DNA from: a virus
Length of the DNA: 64,000 bases
IMG/VR virus record: IMGVR_UViG_3300035701_000003
Reading direction: 5' to 3' (one strand)
Of this stretch, positions 1 to 10,027 are shown one piece after another; position 1 is the first letter of the stretch, and each line of letters begins with the position of its first letter. Under the pieces are notes generated by a model. That model saw only the letters and a list, made by a program, of their open reading frames with translations. It ran no database searches and was not told where the DNA came from. The position numbers were made by a program, and so were the translations under genes.

Positions 1-7
1 GGTAAAA

Positions 8-1036
8 ATGCAACAGATAACAGCGGGAGGATATGGCATATATGTAAGTAGTAGAGTTGCGCAAGGTTGTAACGTTATTTATTTAGATAAAGTGCAAGTT
101 ATTTGGAATTTAAATGGAACGGGAAGTAGTAGCACAGAGCAATTTGGTATAAAGGTAGATGGTTATGGTGGAGGTACAAGTTATGTTGATTCTGTTTTCA
201 TAATAAATTCATACGTACAAAATATAAGAACTGTTCCATCTATAAATGTTCAATGTGACGGAATAGTATTGCAGAATTTGTCAAACATTTTTGTTCTAAA
301 CAACAAAGTGGTAGTTAATAATGATACTCCTGGTAGGAATGATACTCCGCATAATGACCCTATAGGCGTAAACGCTTCTATTTATAATCTTACGATAGCT
401 AACAACATACTTATCAATTCTCAAGATGTCAACACTTGTTCTAATGGTATTATATTAGGAGCCTTATCTGGTAAGTTCGATATGTATAACAACGTATTAG
501 CAACTCCATTCTTTGGCTGGACTAATGGCGAAGTACCGCAGTCCTTATCTATTTATAGTGTAACTACTGGTACTTATTTTTATATTTATAACAATACCTT
601 CGAAGGTGGTTCAAGTCCTTATGTAGTCATGTCCAGGAATTCTAATAACCCTTATGTATACTTTAAGAATAATATAGTAGCCGCGCGAGAATCCGGAAGT
701 TTTAGGGTAGCTTTTGAAAACAGTACTCCTACTTGGAATCAGATTAATGGTAATCTTTATACTACTTACGCGAAGAGTAGTAGCAACGGTTTAATCAACG
801 GATACTCTATGACTACATTAAGAACTACTTACGGAGCCGAAACAGTCGGTATAGGGTCTGATAGATGGAATATAGCGGAATCTAGTTTGTTTAATAACTA
901 CCTTAATTACGATTATTCATTGAAGGATGGTTCCCCGGCTATCGACAAGGGAGTTTATCTTGGGCCTCCTTACGATAAAGATATAACTGGAAAGACTAGA
1001 AGTAATCCTCCCGATATTGGGGCCTATGAAAAATAA
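8..1036 (+). CDS. Right-handed beta-helix (pectin lyase-like) protein, 5' truncated by window edge
   Basis: Asn/Ile-rich beta-helix rungs and C-terminal 'LKDGSPAIDKG...DITGKTR...DIGAYEK' (choice-of-anchor-Q-like) motif; paralogous to the last domain of 1055..5062. Confidence 0.75.
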   Translation: MQQITAGGYGIYVSSRVAQGCNVIYLDKVQVIWNLNGTGSSSTEQFGIKVDGYGGGTSYVDSVFIINSYVQNIRTVPSINVQCDGIVLQNLSNIFVLNNKVVVNNDTPGRNDTPHNDPIGVNASIYNLTIANNILINSQDVNTCSNGIILGALSGKFDMYNNVLATPFFGWTNGEVPQSLSIYSVTTGTYFYIYNNTFEGGSSPYVVMSRNSNNPYVYFKNNIVAARESGSFRVAFENSTPTWNQINGNLYTTYAKSSSNGLINGYSMTTLRTTYGAETVGIGSDRWNIAESSLFNNYLNYDYSLKDGSPAIDKGVYLGPPYDKDITGKTRSNPPDIGAYEK

Positions 1037-1054
1037 ACAAGATAAGGTTTAATT

Positions 1055-4000
1055 ATGTATAGAAAAGTAAATGCTTTTTTAAGAACATTATTATATATAG
1101 TAATATCTTTTATGATAACTGGGGGAACTTTCCCCCAGGTTCATAAAATTATTATAGGTAATAAAATAAGTGGGCCCTCTCAAGTAGATTCTCTTCCCAG
1201 TACTTTTGTATTTAATGATATTACTGGAGCTGAACTATCTACTCTTTATACTTCCAATGGAGTAACTTTAACCAATTTTGATAGTGCTTACGCTTACGGA
1301 GGTGGAAAGGAATTTAGAGTAAACTTAGGAAGTTGGGGAAGTTCTTATAAGAGGGTTCACCGCGATGACGTAGTATACATTAGAAATACATCTTCCGGTT
1401 CTTATTTAACTACCGTGAATGCTACGCTAACTGTTGGAGGAGTTAGCGATGTTTATTCTATTACTACTAAGGCTTCTATTATAGATACCATACCTGCCGA
1501 TTTTCAATTCGCAGATCAACTTAATGCGGAACTATCCACTTTGTATTCCTCAAATGGTATAACCTTAAATGCTTTTGATAGCTCCTACGCCTATGCAGCT
1601 GGTAAAGAATTTAAAGTAAACTCCGGTAGTTTTAGTTCTACTATAAGAAGAGTTCATCGTAACGATATTGTATACATTAGAAATACTTCTTCAAGTTCTT
1701 ATTCAACTATAGTTAATGCTACCTTAAACATAGGGGGGGTAACTGATGTTTATTCTATTACTACTAAGGCCCCACCAGATACAATACCGGCTAGTTTTGT
1801 ATTTACTCCTGTTACTAATGCTGCTTTATCTACTCTTTACACTTCTAATGGCGTAACTTTAACTAGTCTCGATAGTGCTTATGCTTATGCTACTGGTAAA
1901 GAATTTAAAGTAAATTCTGGTAGTTTTAGTTCTACTATAAGAAGAGTTCATGGTAATGATGTAGTATACATTAGAAATACTTCTTCAGGTTCTTATTCAA
2001 CTACCGTTACAGCTACTCTAACCGTAGGTGGCGTGGGAGGAATTTATTCTATTACAACATCGACTGCTCCCGATACTGTCCCCGCGACTTTTGCATTTAA
2101 TGATATTACTGGAGCTGAACTATCTACCCTTTATACTTCTAATACTATAACTTTAACCAATTTTGATAGTGCTTACGCATACGCAGCGGGTAAATTATTT
2201 CAAGTAAATTCTGGAAGTTTCAGCGCTACTAGAAGAAAAGTTTATAATAATAATACCGTACGTATTCAAAATACTTCTTCTAGTTCTTACTTAACTACAG
2301 TAGATGCTACTTTAACAGTGGGGGGTATAAGTGATACTTATTCTATTACTACTAGATCTGCTACTCCTCCTCTTTATGTGGAAGGAGGGCATTTTATTTC
2401 CAAAAATGGTTCTAATACAGTTCCTTATAATACCTGGGCTAAAGCTTGTACCAACTGGACTGCTAGTAGCCCCCTTTGGCCATATTTAAATATCGGTGAC
2501 ACTATTTGGGTTGATGGTGGAGCCGATTCGACTAATTATACTGGCGTCGTACAAATCGATAATAAAACAGGGACCGCAGCTTTACCAATTGTGATTACTA
2601 AGGGTATATCTCCTGGGCATAATGGAGAAGTATGGTTTGATGGACAAGATGCTACTAATAAGAATTTTATTCTCCACGGATGTAAGTATATGAAAGTACA
2701 AAGAATCAATACTTATCGCGGTGGTATATTAATTGACGAAAATGGTTCTTCTCTTGTAAATGTAATTTATCTCGATAGTATAAAAGTAAGAAATTCCTAT
2801 ACTCAAGGAATAGAAATATCAGGATACCCAGCTACTTCCAATGTAGATTCTGTACTTGTAAGATGGTGCGATATACGTAATGATAGAGTAACCTCTACCG
2901 AAACCGATGGTATAGCTTTTTCATTCATGACTAATTTCTTCGCTCTAAATAATAATATCTATGTAAACAATCAAAATGCATCTCATGTTGATTGCATAAT
3001 GGGTTATGCTTCTGTAAGCGGGCAGTCAATAACGAACGTTACTATAGCGAGAAATCATATGATAAATTACTCCCAGAAGACGGGGTATCCCAGTAACGCT
3101 GATAATGGCGTTATTATGTCTGAATTAGTAGGGACTATAAAGATTTATGATAATTTTCTTGCAGAACCGAGATTTGACTCTAATGCTGGTATAGGATTCT
3201 TTACTACAGGAACTAACTTCCTTTTATATTTTTATAATAATACTGTTGTAACCAATACTTCCAATAATGCTTTACAGATTGCTACTTATGCAGGTACTAT
3301 AAATCCTGCATCAGAAATTAAGAATAATATTTTTTATTCAAAGGCAAGTAGTTCTGCTTATGAATTTAGTTCTAGTATAACAGCGGCTAATATAAACTAT
3401 AATTGTTATTATTACACTACTGGTAATACTTCTATTTGTAATTACGGAGGCACTAAAAATTTAGCTCAAATGAAAACTGCAGGAGCCGAGACTAATGGAA
3501 TAAATACAAATCCATTACTTGCTAATCCTAATTATGCTAATATAGCTCATTTTGATGATAGACTACAGGCAGGTTCCCCTTGTATAAATATAGGACTTAA
3601 TACTTTAGGCTCCGATTACGCAAAGGATAGAGTAGACTATATCAGAACTGGTTCTTGGGATATGGGAGATTACGAATATGCTCCTCTTTATGTCGAACAT
3701 GGACATTTTATTTCTCCTAACGGAAGTAATACATCTCCATATGATACTTGGCAGAAAGCTCAAACTACTGTTTCTAGTTCTAGTATATGGAGTCAAGTTA
3801 CAGCTGGTGATACTGTTTGGGTAGATGGTGGGGTAGGCTATGATTCTTTAGTATATAATACTAATATGGATATTCAAACGAGCGGAAATGCTAATGCTTT
3901 AGTAGTTGTGAGAGCTGGAAAAACACCCGGGCACTACGGTAAGGTTGTAATAGCAGGAAGTACTTCTGGTACTAATATTACTATTCAAGATAGAAAGTAT

Positions 4001-5062
4001 CTTAAACTCGAGAAAATAACAGTTAGAATGCAAAATGGAACTAATCAAGGTATTTATATAAGAGGTAACAATACTTCAGAAGGACTTAATGTTATATATA
4101 TAGATAGTTGTACTGTTACTTGTTATGATAAAAATTTCACAACTTGGTTAATGCGTATAGATGGTTACCCCGGCCCCGGTACAACTAGACTCGATTCTGT
4201 TTTTGTAAGATATGGATTTTATAGAAATTGGATGATAACTCCGCAGGACATTCAAAAGGACGCTATTATAGCACAGTATGCGCAAAATATATTTATTATA
4301 GGAAACGATGTTGCTGTTATGAATGATTATAATGTTTTCGATACACAAGCTCATAATGATTGCTTTGCAACCGACAATATTTGCAAGAACGTTACTATAG
4401 CATTTAATAGATTATTTAACTGGCAGGCGAACAACGGGAGATCCCAAGTTCTTATTTGTAGTGTTGATGGATTTTTTAAAATTTATGCAAATATAATAGC
4501 TTCACCTTATTTTAGAATAAATGGTCAGGCTTGGCCCTCTACTTTAAATATGGGAGGGTCCAGTAATTCTCCAACTTGTTACATTTTCAATAATACCTTT
4601 ATAGGGGGTTCTAATCCTTACGTAGTTCAGATAGACGGCGCTATAAATACCCCACAGACTCGTCTTAAGAATAATATTATTTATTCTATGTACCCGTGTG
4701 ATTCTGGTACTAACCCCCGAGTTCATTTTAGAACAACTTCCCCGACTTGGAATTATATAGATGGTAACTTATATGCGGAATATTCCGATGGAAGTACTAA
4801 TAATTTGATTAGTAGTTATACCATGACTCAATTAAGAGCCTCTCCAAGATTCGCTGAAAGTATAGGTATTGGTTCTGATAGATGGAATATATCAAACTCA
4901 ACTATATTTACAAATATAGCTACTTGGGATTTAACATTAAAGGTAGGTTCCGCCGCTATTGATAAAGGAGTAGATTTAACTGGTGAGGGCGTAGAATATA
5001 CAAAAGATATTACAGGAAAGACTAGAACAGGTTCTTGGGATATTGGAGCTTACGAAAAGTAA
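1055..5062 (+). CDS. 1335-aa protein: hydrophobic N-terminus, four Ig-like repeats, two beta-helix domains (possible polysaccharide-binding/depolymerase protein)
   Basis: N-terminus MYRKVNAFLRTLLYIVISFMITGG; four ~97-aa repeats; two domains starting PLYVE(G/H)GHFIS.NGSNT.PY.TW.KA and ending (D)xGxYE. Confidence 0.75.
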   Translation: MYRKVNAFLRTLLYIVISFMITGGTFPQVHKIIIGNKISGPSQVDSLPSTFVFNDITGAELSTLYTSNGVTLTNFDSAYAYGGGKEFRVNLGSWGSSYKRVHRDDVVYIRNTSSGSYLTTVNATLTVGGVSDVYSITTKASIIDTIPADFQFADQLNAELSTLYSSNGITLNAFDSSYAYAAGKEFKVNSGSFSSTIRRVHRNDIVYIRNTSSSSYSTIVNATLNIGGVTDVYSITTKAPPDTIPASFVFTPVTNAALSTLYTSNGVTLTSLDSAYAYATGKEFKVNSGSFSSTIRRVHGNDVVYIRNTSSGSYSTTVTATLTVGGVGGIYSITTSTAPDTVPATFAFNDITGAELSTLYTSNTITLTNFDSAYAYAAGKLFQVNSGSFSATRRKVYNNNTVRIQNTSSSSYLTTVDATLTVGGISDTYSITTRSATPPLYVEGGHFISKNGSNTVPYNTWAKACTNWTASSPLWPYLNIGDTIWVDGGADSTNYTGVVQIDNKTGTAALPIVITKGISPGHNGEVWFDGQDATNKNFILHGCKYMKVQRINTYRGGILIDENGSSLVNVIYLDSIKVRNSYTQGIEISGYPATSNVDSVLVRWCDIRNDRVTSTETDGIAFSFMTNFFALNNNIYVNNQNASHVDCIMGYASVSGQSITNVTIARNHMINYSQKTGYPSNADNGVIMSELVGTIKIYDNFLAEPRFDSNAGIGFFTTGTNFLLYFYNNTVVTNTSNNALQIATYAGTINPASEIKNNIFYSKASSSAYEFSSSITAANINYNCYYYTTGNTSICNYGGTKNLAQMKTAGAETNGINTNPLLANPNYANIAHFDDRLQAGSPCINIGLNTLGSDYAKDRVDYIRTGSWDMGDYEYAPLYVEHGHFISPNGSNTSPYDTWQKAQTTVSSSSIWSQVTAGDTVWVDGGVGYDSLVYNTNMDIQTSGNANALVVVRAGKTPGHYGKVVIAGSTSGTNITIQDRKYLKLEKITVRMQNGTNQGIYIRGNNTSEGLNVIYIDSCTVTCYDKNFTTWLMRIDGYPGPGTTRLDSVFVRYGFYRNWMITPQDIQKDAIIAQYAQNIFIIGNDVAVMNDYNVFDTQAHNDCFATDNICKNVTIAFNRLFNWQANNGRSQVLICSVDGFFKIYANIIASPYFRINGQAWPSTLNMGGSSNSPTCYIFNNTFIGGSNPYVVQIDGAINTPQTRLKNNIIYSMYPCDSGTNPRVHFRTTSPTWNYIDGNLYAEYSDGSTNNLISSYTMTQLRASPRFAESIGIGSDRWNISNSTIFTNIATWDLTLKVGSAAIDKGVDLTGEGVEYTKDITGKTRTGSWDIGAYEK
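1180..2360 (+). repeat. Four tandem ~290-bp coding repeats (Ig-like/beta-sandwich units)
   Basis: Repeated F.F.....A.LSTLY.SN..TL..(F/L)DS.YAY..GK.F.VN.GS....R NTSS.SY.T...ATL..GG....YSITT; bounds approximate. Confidence 0.85.
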
Positions 5063-6555
5063 TGAAGAACTGGAGACAAATATTAGGTTGGCAAGTTCAG
5101 AATAGTTATACTGTTGAAGAAATGATAACGATGTTAGCTCCTCACCAAATATGGAAGGACGCTCGAGACTACTCTTATCTTTTTATGATAGGTGATGTAA
5201 TTGAAGTTGTATGGAAAGAGAAGGATTCTGGCGGGGAACCGCGGTATGTTATACAAGAGGCCATATGGGCAAGTTCTCTTCACAGTAGAGTATCTCCTGG
5301 TTGTTTCGCTTATCTTTATCTAGATGCCGGCCCTTTTGAATTATTGAGTGAAGAAGATATAAATAAACTCTCTTGGCAAGTATTCTTAGGAGATATAGAC
5401 CCTATGGACAGAGGTATTATGGCTAGTTTACTAACCGCTGACGATGATCATGTAGTAGCTTTATTATGCATACCTTCCGATACTACTATAGATGATATAG
5501 CTAAAGATATGATCGATTCGGGGTTTACTGAAGAAGCTTTTTTGTTTCAAGATATGGTAAAAAGAGCAAAAGGAGTAGCATGGGAGGCTACCGATGAATT
5601 CTCTAACGTAATGAGAATAGAGGAAATTAAAAGATATTATAAAGTACATTATCCCAACGACGAACTAAACTTTATTCCCGACTGGTTGAAGGTTAAAAAG
5701 GCTTTTAAGGAGATAGTAGATAGTTATAACCTTCCTGATAAAGAATCCTCTAAACTATCATGGCAAGATTCGACTTATGGTGGTAAATATGATATTGGTG
5801 CTTTAGTATTTGACCCGCTATCTAAAAGATTTGGTAAGGTTACTTTTGTAGGACCTTTAAGTAAAGTAGAAGGACTAGATAAGGGTAAACAAGTTTATTT
5901 AACAAAATATAAAATAAGAAACGAGAAAAAAGATATTCCTTCAGAAGATGACCCTACCGTAATGCTTTTGGACTTAAACGTAGGATTCGCCCACTATGAA
6001 GGAAATATACAATCTCCCAACGAATTTATGACTATAGACCCTCCTAAGACTGTTATAAGAGGTTTAACAAGTGGTGTTAAGAAGGTAAAGAAACTGCCAG
6101 AGGAAGGGGATTCCCACGAAGATATATTCGAAACTTCTTCCCCCAATCATACTTACTTTAAAGACGCTAGACTTTCTTTAGAAGTAGTTGGACAAGGAAT
6201 ATTCAAACTATCATGGCAAATACAAGAACCAGTTTTAAAAGTAGGGGATAAAGTAAAGATAATAGCATTTCTTAAAAAATTAAGAGATTTGGATATTGTT
6301 TTTTACGCTCGGAATACTGACGAATTCGATCCAAATACTATTTATGAGGTAGCATCTATAGATACTAGCGAGGTTGGAACGATGGGTATTTATAGTGATA
6401 ACATGTGGGTAAACATAAGAGAAAACTCAATGGGGGCTGGTTGGTGGATTCCTTATCATTATTGGCAGGAATTTTTAGAGATAGTAGAATCTAAAGAAGC
6501 ATCTTTAACACCCGCTGATAAAGAAGAATGGCTACAAATAATAGAAGGGGGATAA
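5062..6555 (+). CDS. Modular linker-motif protein (putative internal head polyprotein)
   Basis: Likely start is the ATG at 5062 overlapping the upstream TAA (TAATG); begins MKNWRQILGWQ; three KLSW linkers; SH3-like units. Confidence 0.7.
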   Translation: MKNWRQILGWQVQNSYTVEEMITMLAPHQIWKDARDYSYLFMIGDVIEVVWKEKDSGGEPRYVIQEAIWASSLHSRVSPGCFAYLYLDAGPFELLSEEDINKLSWQVFLGDIDPMDRGIMASLLTADDDHVVALLCIPSDTTIDDIAKDMIDSGFTEEAFLFQDMVKRAKGVAWEATDEFSNVMRIEEIKRYYKVHYPNDELNFIPDWLKVKKAFKEIVDSYNLPDKESSKLSWQDSTYGGKYDIGALVFDPLSKRFGKVTFVGPLSKVEGLDKGKQVYLTKYKIRNEKKDIPSEDDPTVMLLDLNVGFAHYEGNIQSPNEFMTIDPPKTVIRGLTSGVKKVKKLPEEGDSHEDIFETSSPNHTYFKDARLSLEVVGQGIFKLSWQIQEPVLKVGDKVKIIAFLKKLRDLDIVFYARNTDEFDPNTIYEVASIDTSEVGTMGIYSDNMWVNIRENSMGAGWWIPYHYWQEFLEIVESKEASLTPADKEEWLQIIEGG

Positions 6556-6557
6556 TA

Positions 6558-7334
6558 ATGGCTAAGCAAACGTCTAAAAAAACTATAACTTCTTCCCAGA
6601 AGTATACTTCTAAAGATTGTGAAGTTATAAAGAAATGTATCAATTCTGGGGTAAATGGTTTAAGGAAAGAAATACTACCCCGTATCGAAAATATCGATAA
6701 AAGATATAAAGATCAATATGAAAGCACTAAAAGAATAATAGTGGATGTTGATTTAATGATGGTAAAGCGTCAAGAGCATACCGAAAAAATAGTGGGGTTA
6801 GTAGAAAAGGAGTTAAAGTGTGTGTCTGAGAAACAAGATAGCGTAGTGACCAGTATTAATACTTCCATGGGGTCTTTACATAAAAAGTTTGACGATCATA
6901 TAGTTGATGAAAATCTAACTTTTAAGGATATAAAAGTTACTTTAACTGATATACGCGATCACGGTACAAAACTTGCACGTGATATAGATGATAAACTTGA
7001 CCATATTAATGTTAACGGTGGAGTATTTCCTTTGAATGAGGCCTTTCAATTTATATATACCCAAAGTACAGAAACCCATCAGAAGTTAGACGAAGTTTAT
7101 GCTCTAGTAGCTCCTATGCAAGCTCGTAAGAAATGGTGGGAAGCTTCTAAGGAACTTATTAAGCGAAATGGTTTACTACATTTTGTGTTTAATACTAAAG
7201 TAGGCGCTATACTAGGAATATCCACTTTACTTTTAATAATAAATACTATTCTAGTAGATGTATTTAGGGTAAACTTTGATATTAAAAGTATATTTACTTG
7301 GATACTTAACCTTATTAAAGGAGTAACAAAATGA
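6558..7334 (+). CDS. Coiled-coil protein with C-terminal transmembrane segment
   Basis: ATG at 6558 after GGGGG; hydrophobic C-terminus VGAILGISTLLLIINTILV. Confidence 0.65.
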   Translation: MAKQTSKKTITSSQKYTSKDCEVIKKCINSGVNGLRKEILPRIENIDKRYKDQYESTKRIIVDVDLMMVKRQEHTEKIVGLVEKELKCVSEKQDSVVTSINTSMGSLHKKFDDHIVDENLTFKDIKVTLTDIRDHGTKLARDIDDKLDHINVNGGVFPLNEAFQFIYTQSTETHQKLDEVYALVAPMQARKKWWEASKELIKRNGLLHFVFNTKVGAILGISTLLLIINTILVDVFRVNFDIKSIFTWILNLIKGVTK

Positions 7335-7834
7335 TAACTTACTGGAATCAATTTATAGCTACATTCAAGGATATTTTATTAGCATCTTTGTTCTTTGCTA
7401 TATGCGCATTTTTAAATGCTTCTATGGATGTAACTAAAGATAAATTTTCTTCTAGTGTTTACAGTAAAATCTCCGAACCCGGCACTGCCACTTATAAATA
7501 CTTTGAAAGTGACTGGAGAAACAAATGGGAAACCTGGCCAGATGGGGGGTTAATATTGGATAAGGATGGTAATAAGATTCCAAAATGGTTTTTAGGAATA
7601 CATATTGTACCTTTGAATCACCCCATGTTTTTTGATAGTTGGCATCTGTTTAAATCTGCAATGGTATTTTTCTTTGGAGTAACATTAATTGTTCTTTATT
7701 TTAAAGCTGCTAAAATTATATTTAAATTTAATAAGTGGTATTACTGGGTCGTATTAGGAATAGTGTTAGTATGGTTCTTTCTCGACTGGAATATTGTGTT
7801 TAATCTATTTTATGATCATTGGCTAATGGTATGA
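7331..7834 (+). CDS. Multi-pass membrane protein
   Basis: Three to four hydrophobic stretches; ATGA-coupled at both ends. Confidence 0.65.
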   Translation: MITYWNQFIATFKDILLASLFFAICAFLNASMDVTKDKFSSSVYSKISEPGTATYKYFESDWRNKWETWPDGGLILDKDGNKIPKWFLGIHIVPLNHPMFFDSWHLFKSAMVFFFGVTLIVLYFKAAKIIFKFNKWYYWVVLGIVLVWFFLDWNIVFNLFYDHWLMV

Positions 7835-10023
7835 ATGAACCGGACTTAAAACTAAGTTGGAAAGTTGAGATACTTCCGGACTCTAAAGAAATTCTTAAGG
7901 ATAAATCATGGAGCGATTCTAATTATGAAAAACAGACTCAATACTGGGTGGACGATGCTCGAGTGAAATCAGAAGCCTACCAAAAATATATTTTCTTTAT
8001 AATAGATAACGGGCATATAACACCAAGTTCTCATAGTATTTTTAATGCTTACATAAATGAGAATAAAGATAATTTAACTATAGAGGAGATAGCACAAGCT
8101 TTAAATGACTTATGGCCTACCACCGACGAAGATTCTAAGGACTTTTTACTGTATAATGCTCGAAGATTAGGAATAAAAGAATCCTCCTCCAAATTAAGTT
8201 GGCAAGTACAAGAGCCTTCCTCCTTCGAGGAACTGGTTGGATATTTAATACATTATGGTAGTCCCCTTTCTCACAGTTACTACCGTAATGAATATGGCGT
8301 AATAACTAGTGTGGTAACATCCGACGACCCCAAATATAAGGATACAATTTTACTCTGGGGGTTTTGGGCGGGTTCTGCTGAAGACGCTTTATATTATTAC
8401 GAACACCCCCAGAAGCTAGTCGAATCTAGATTACCTTCTTTTTGGCCCGTGCCCCTTACCGATTTTGATAAAATAAAAGTTATTAAAGAAGTAACTATTT
8501 CTTCTCTTAAACTCTCCTGGCAGACCTTTAATATCTATGAAGGTAAATATAGAGAAGGACCTGGTTTCGATTATATAGTTACTAAGGATGGTAAACCTTT
8601 TTCTCACGTTACTTCTCTCGCTATAGAAAATCATTCTCCTACTGGATTCGCTTGGGGTTACGGTGGTTCTGGACCCTCTCAACTCGCACTCGCCATCCTT
8701 TATGATCATACTAATGATGCTGAATTTGCTAAAAAATGGAGATGGGCATTTAAGGATGATTATACTTCCAAATGGCCCTCTAATAGAGATTGGCAATTAT
8801 CCGGAGATGAAATAGATAATTGGATAAACGAAAAGACTATACAAAAGGAATCCTGGGTTATTAGAAGAACTCTCTCTAAAGGCGAAATAAGAGACTTGAT
8901 AACTTCGGTAGGTTTAACTCCTATTAATTTCTACATGGGCAAACGAACTAGAAGAGTAGACGCTGGTTACTTAGTAAATGATAAATGGGAAAATATCCCT
9001 GGGGAAATGATTGAGAAATTAAAAAGTGAACTGTCGGCTCTTACTCCGGAAGGGAGAATAGAGCAATCAAGGTATAAAGGAAAAAGTATAATAGTAAAAG
9101 TCCCTGTTTATAGAGATACCCCTAACTTGCCTTGGAGGGAAGTTAAAAAACAATTAAAAGCTTTAGGGTTTGATAGAATAGATGTTATAACAGGAACCAC
9201 CGAAATAAGAGTGGATGTTTGGGGAATAGACGACCTTCATCCTACTCATAGAAGGGAAATGGTTCGTGAAATTACTACTATATTAAGACAATTCAATCCT
9301 AATTTTAAAGCCTATGAAACCAACTTACCAGGTTACTTTACCTTTACAGCACCAATAAAAATACAAGAATATCCAGATGAAGTTACTTCTAGTTTAGAAA
9401 AAGAATCTTGGGCTATGACTAAGAATATGAGTAAGCAACGCTTAAGGGAAATAATAAATGAAGTAGGTTTAACTGCTTTAAACCTTTATATAGGACGCCG
9501 CCAAAGAAAAGCGTTTGTAGGTTATAGACCTAATAATAGATGGGAAAATATACCTCCGGAAACCGTACAGCTTTTGAAAGATAGACTAGAACAAGAAGCC
9601 CCCGATACGGAAGTACAATTCCCCATTACCAGTCCTTATTTTCAATATTTAGGCCCCCGCGTAAGTGAAAAAGCCAAAAAGTTTCTAGTTATTTTCGTAT
9701 CTATAAAAAGAGATAGACAATTGCTTCCAGTAAAAGAAGTTAAGGATGCTATTAAAGAGAAATTTCCTCAGTATGAAGTTAGACTTTTTACTCGAACTAA
9801 TGAAATAGAAATTTCTATTGATACTCCTTGGAATATAGAAGGTAGATCCGAAAATTTAAGAGGGCCGACTAAAGAAGCAAGATGCCAAGAATTACTAAAT
9901 ATATTAAAACAGTTTAATACTAATACTATAATATCACCGTCTAATAATTGGCGGAGGAACGAATCTGGATATCATTTCCTTATTCCCTTTTCTCCTTATC
10001 AAGAATATGTTACTGGAGAATGA
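7831..10023 (+). CDS. Modular linker-motif protein with a DUF6166-like unit and two paralogous C-terminal domains
   Basis: Three KLSW and two KESW linkers; HSPTGFAWGYGGSGPSQLALAIL resembles DUF6166 (from recall); ATGA overlap at 7831. Confidence 0.7.
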   Translation: MNEPDLKLSWKVEILPDSKEILKDKSWSDSNYEKQTQYWVDDARVKSEAYQKYIFFIIDNGHITPSSHSIFNAYINENKDNLTIEEIAQALNDLWPTTDEDSKDFLLYNARRLGIKESSSKLSWQVQEPSSFEELVGYLIHYGSPLSHSYYRNEYGVITSVVTSDDPKYKDTILLWGFWAGSAEDALYYYEHPQKLVESRLPSFWPVPLTDFDKIKVIKEVTISSLKLSWQTFNIYEGKYREGPGFDYIVTKDGKPFSHVTSLAIENHSPTGFAWGYGGSGPSQLALAILYDHTNDAEFAKKWRWAFKDDYTSKWPSNRDWQLSGDEIDNWINEKTIQKESWVIRRTLSKGEIRDLITSVGLTPINFYMGKRTRRVDAGYLVNDKWENIPGEMIEKLKSELSALTPEGRIEQSRYKGKSIIVKVPVYRDTPNLPWREVKKQLKALGFDRIDVITGTTEIRVDVWGIDDLHPTHRREMVREITTILRQFNPNFKAYETNLPGYFTFTAPIKIQEYPDEVTSSLEKESWAMTKNMSKQRLREIINEVGLTALNLYIGRRQRKAFVGYRPNNRWENIPPETVQLLKDRLEQEAPDTEVQFPITSPYFQYLGPRVSEKAKKFLVIFVSIKRDRQLLPVKEVKDAIKEKFPQYEVRLFTRTNEIEISIDTPWNIEGRSENLRGPTKEARCQELLNILKQFNTNTIISPSNNWRRNESGYHFLIPFSPYQEYVTGE

Positions 10024-10027
10024 ATGA

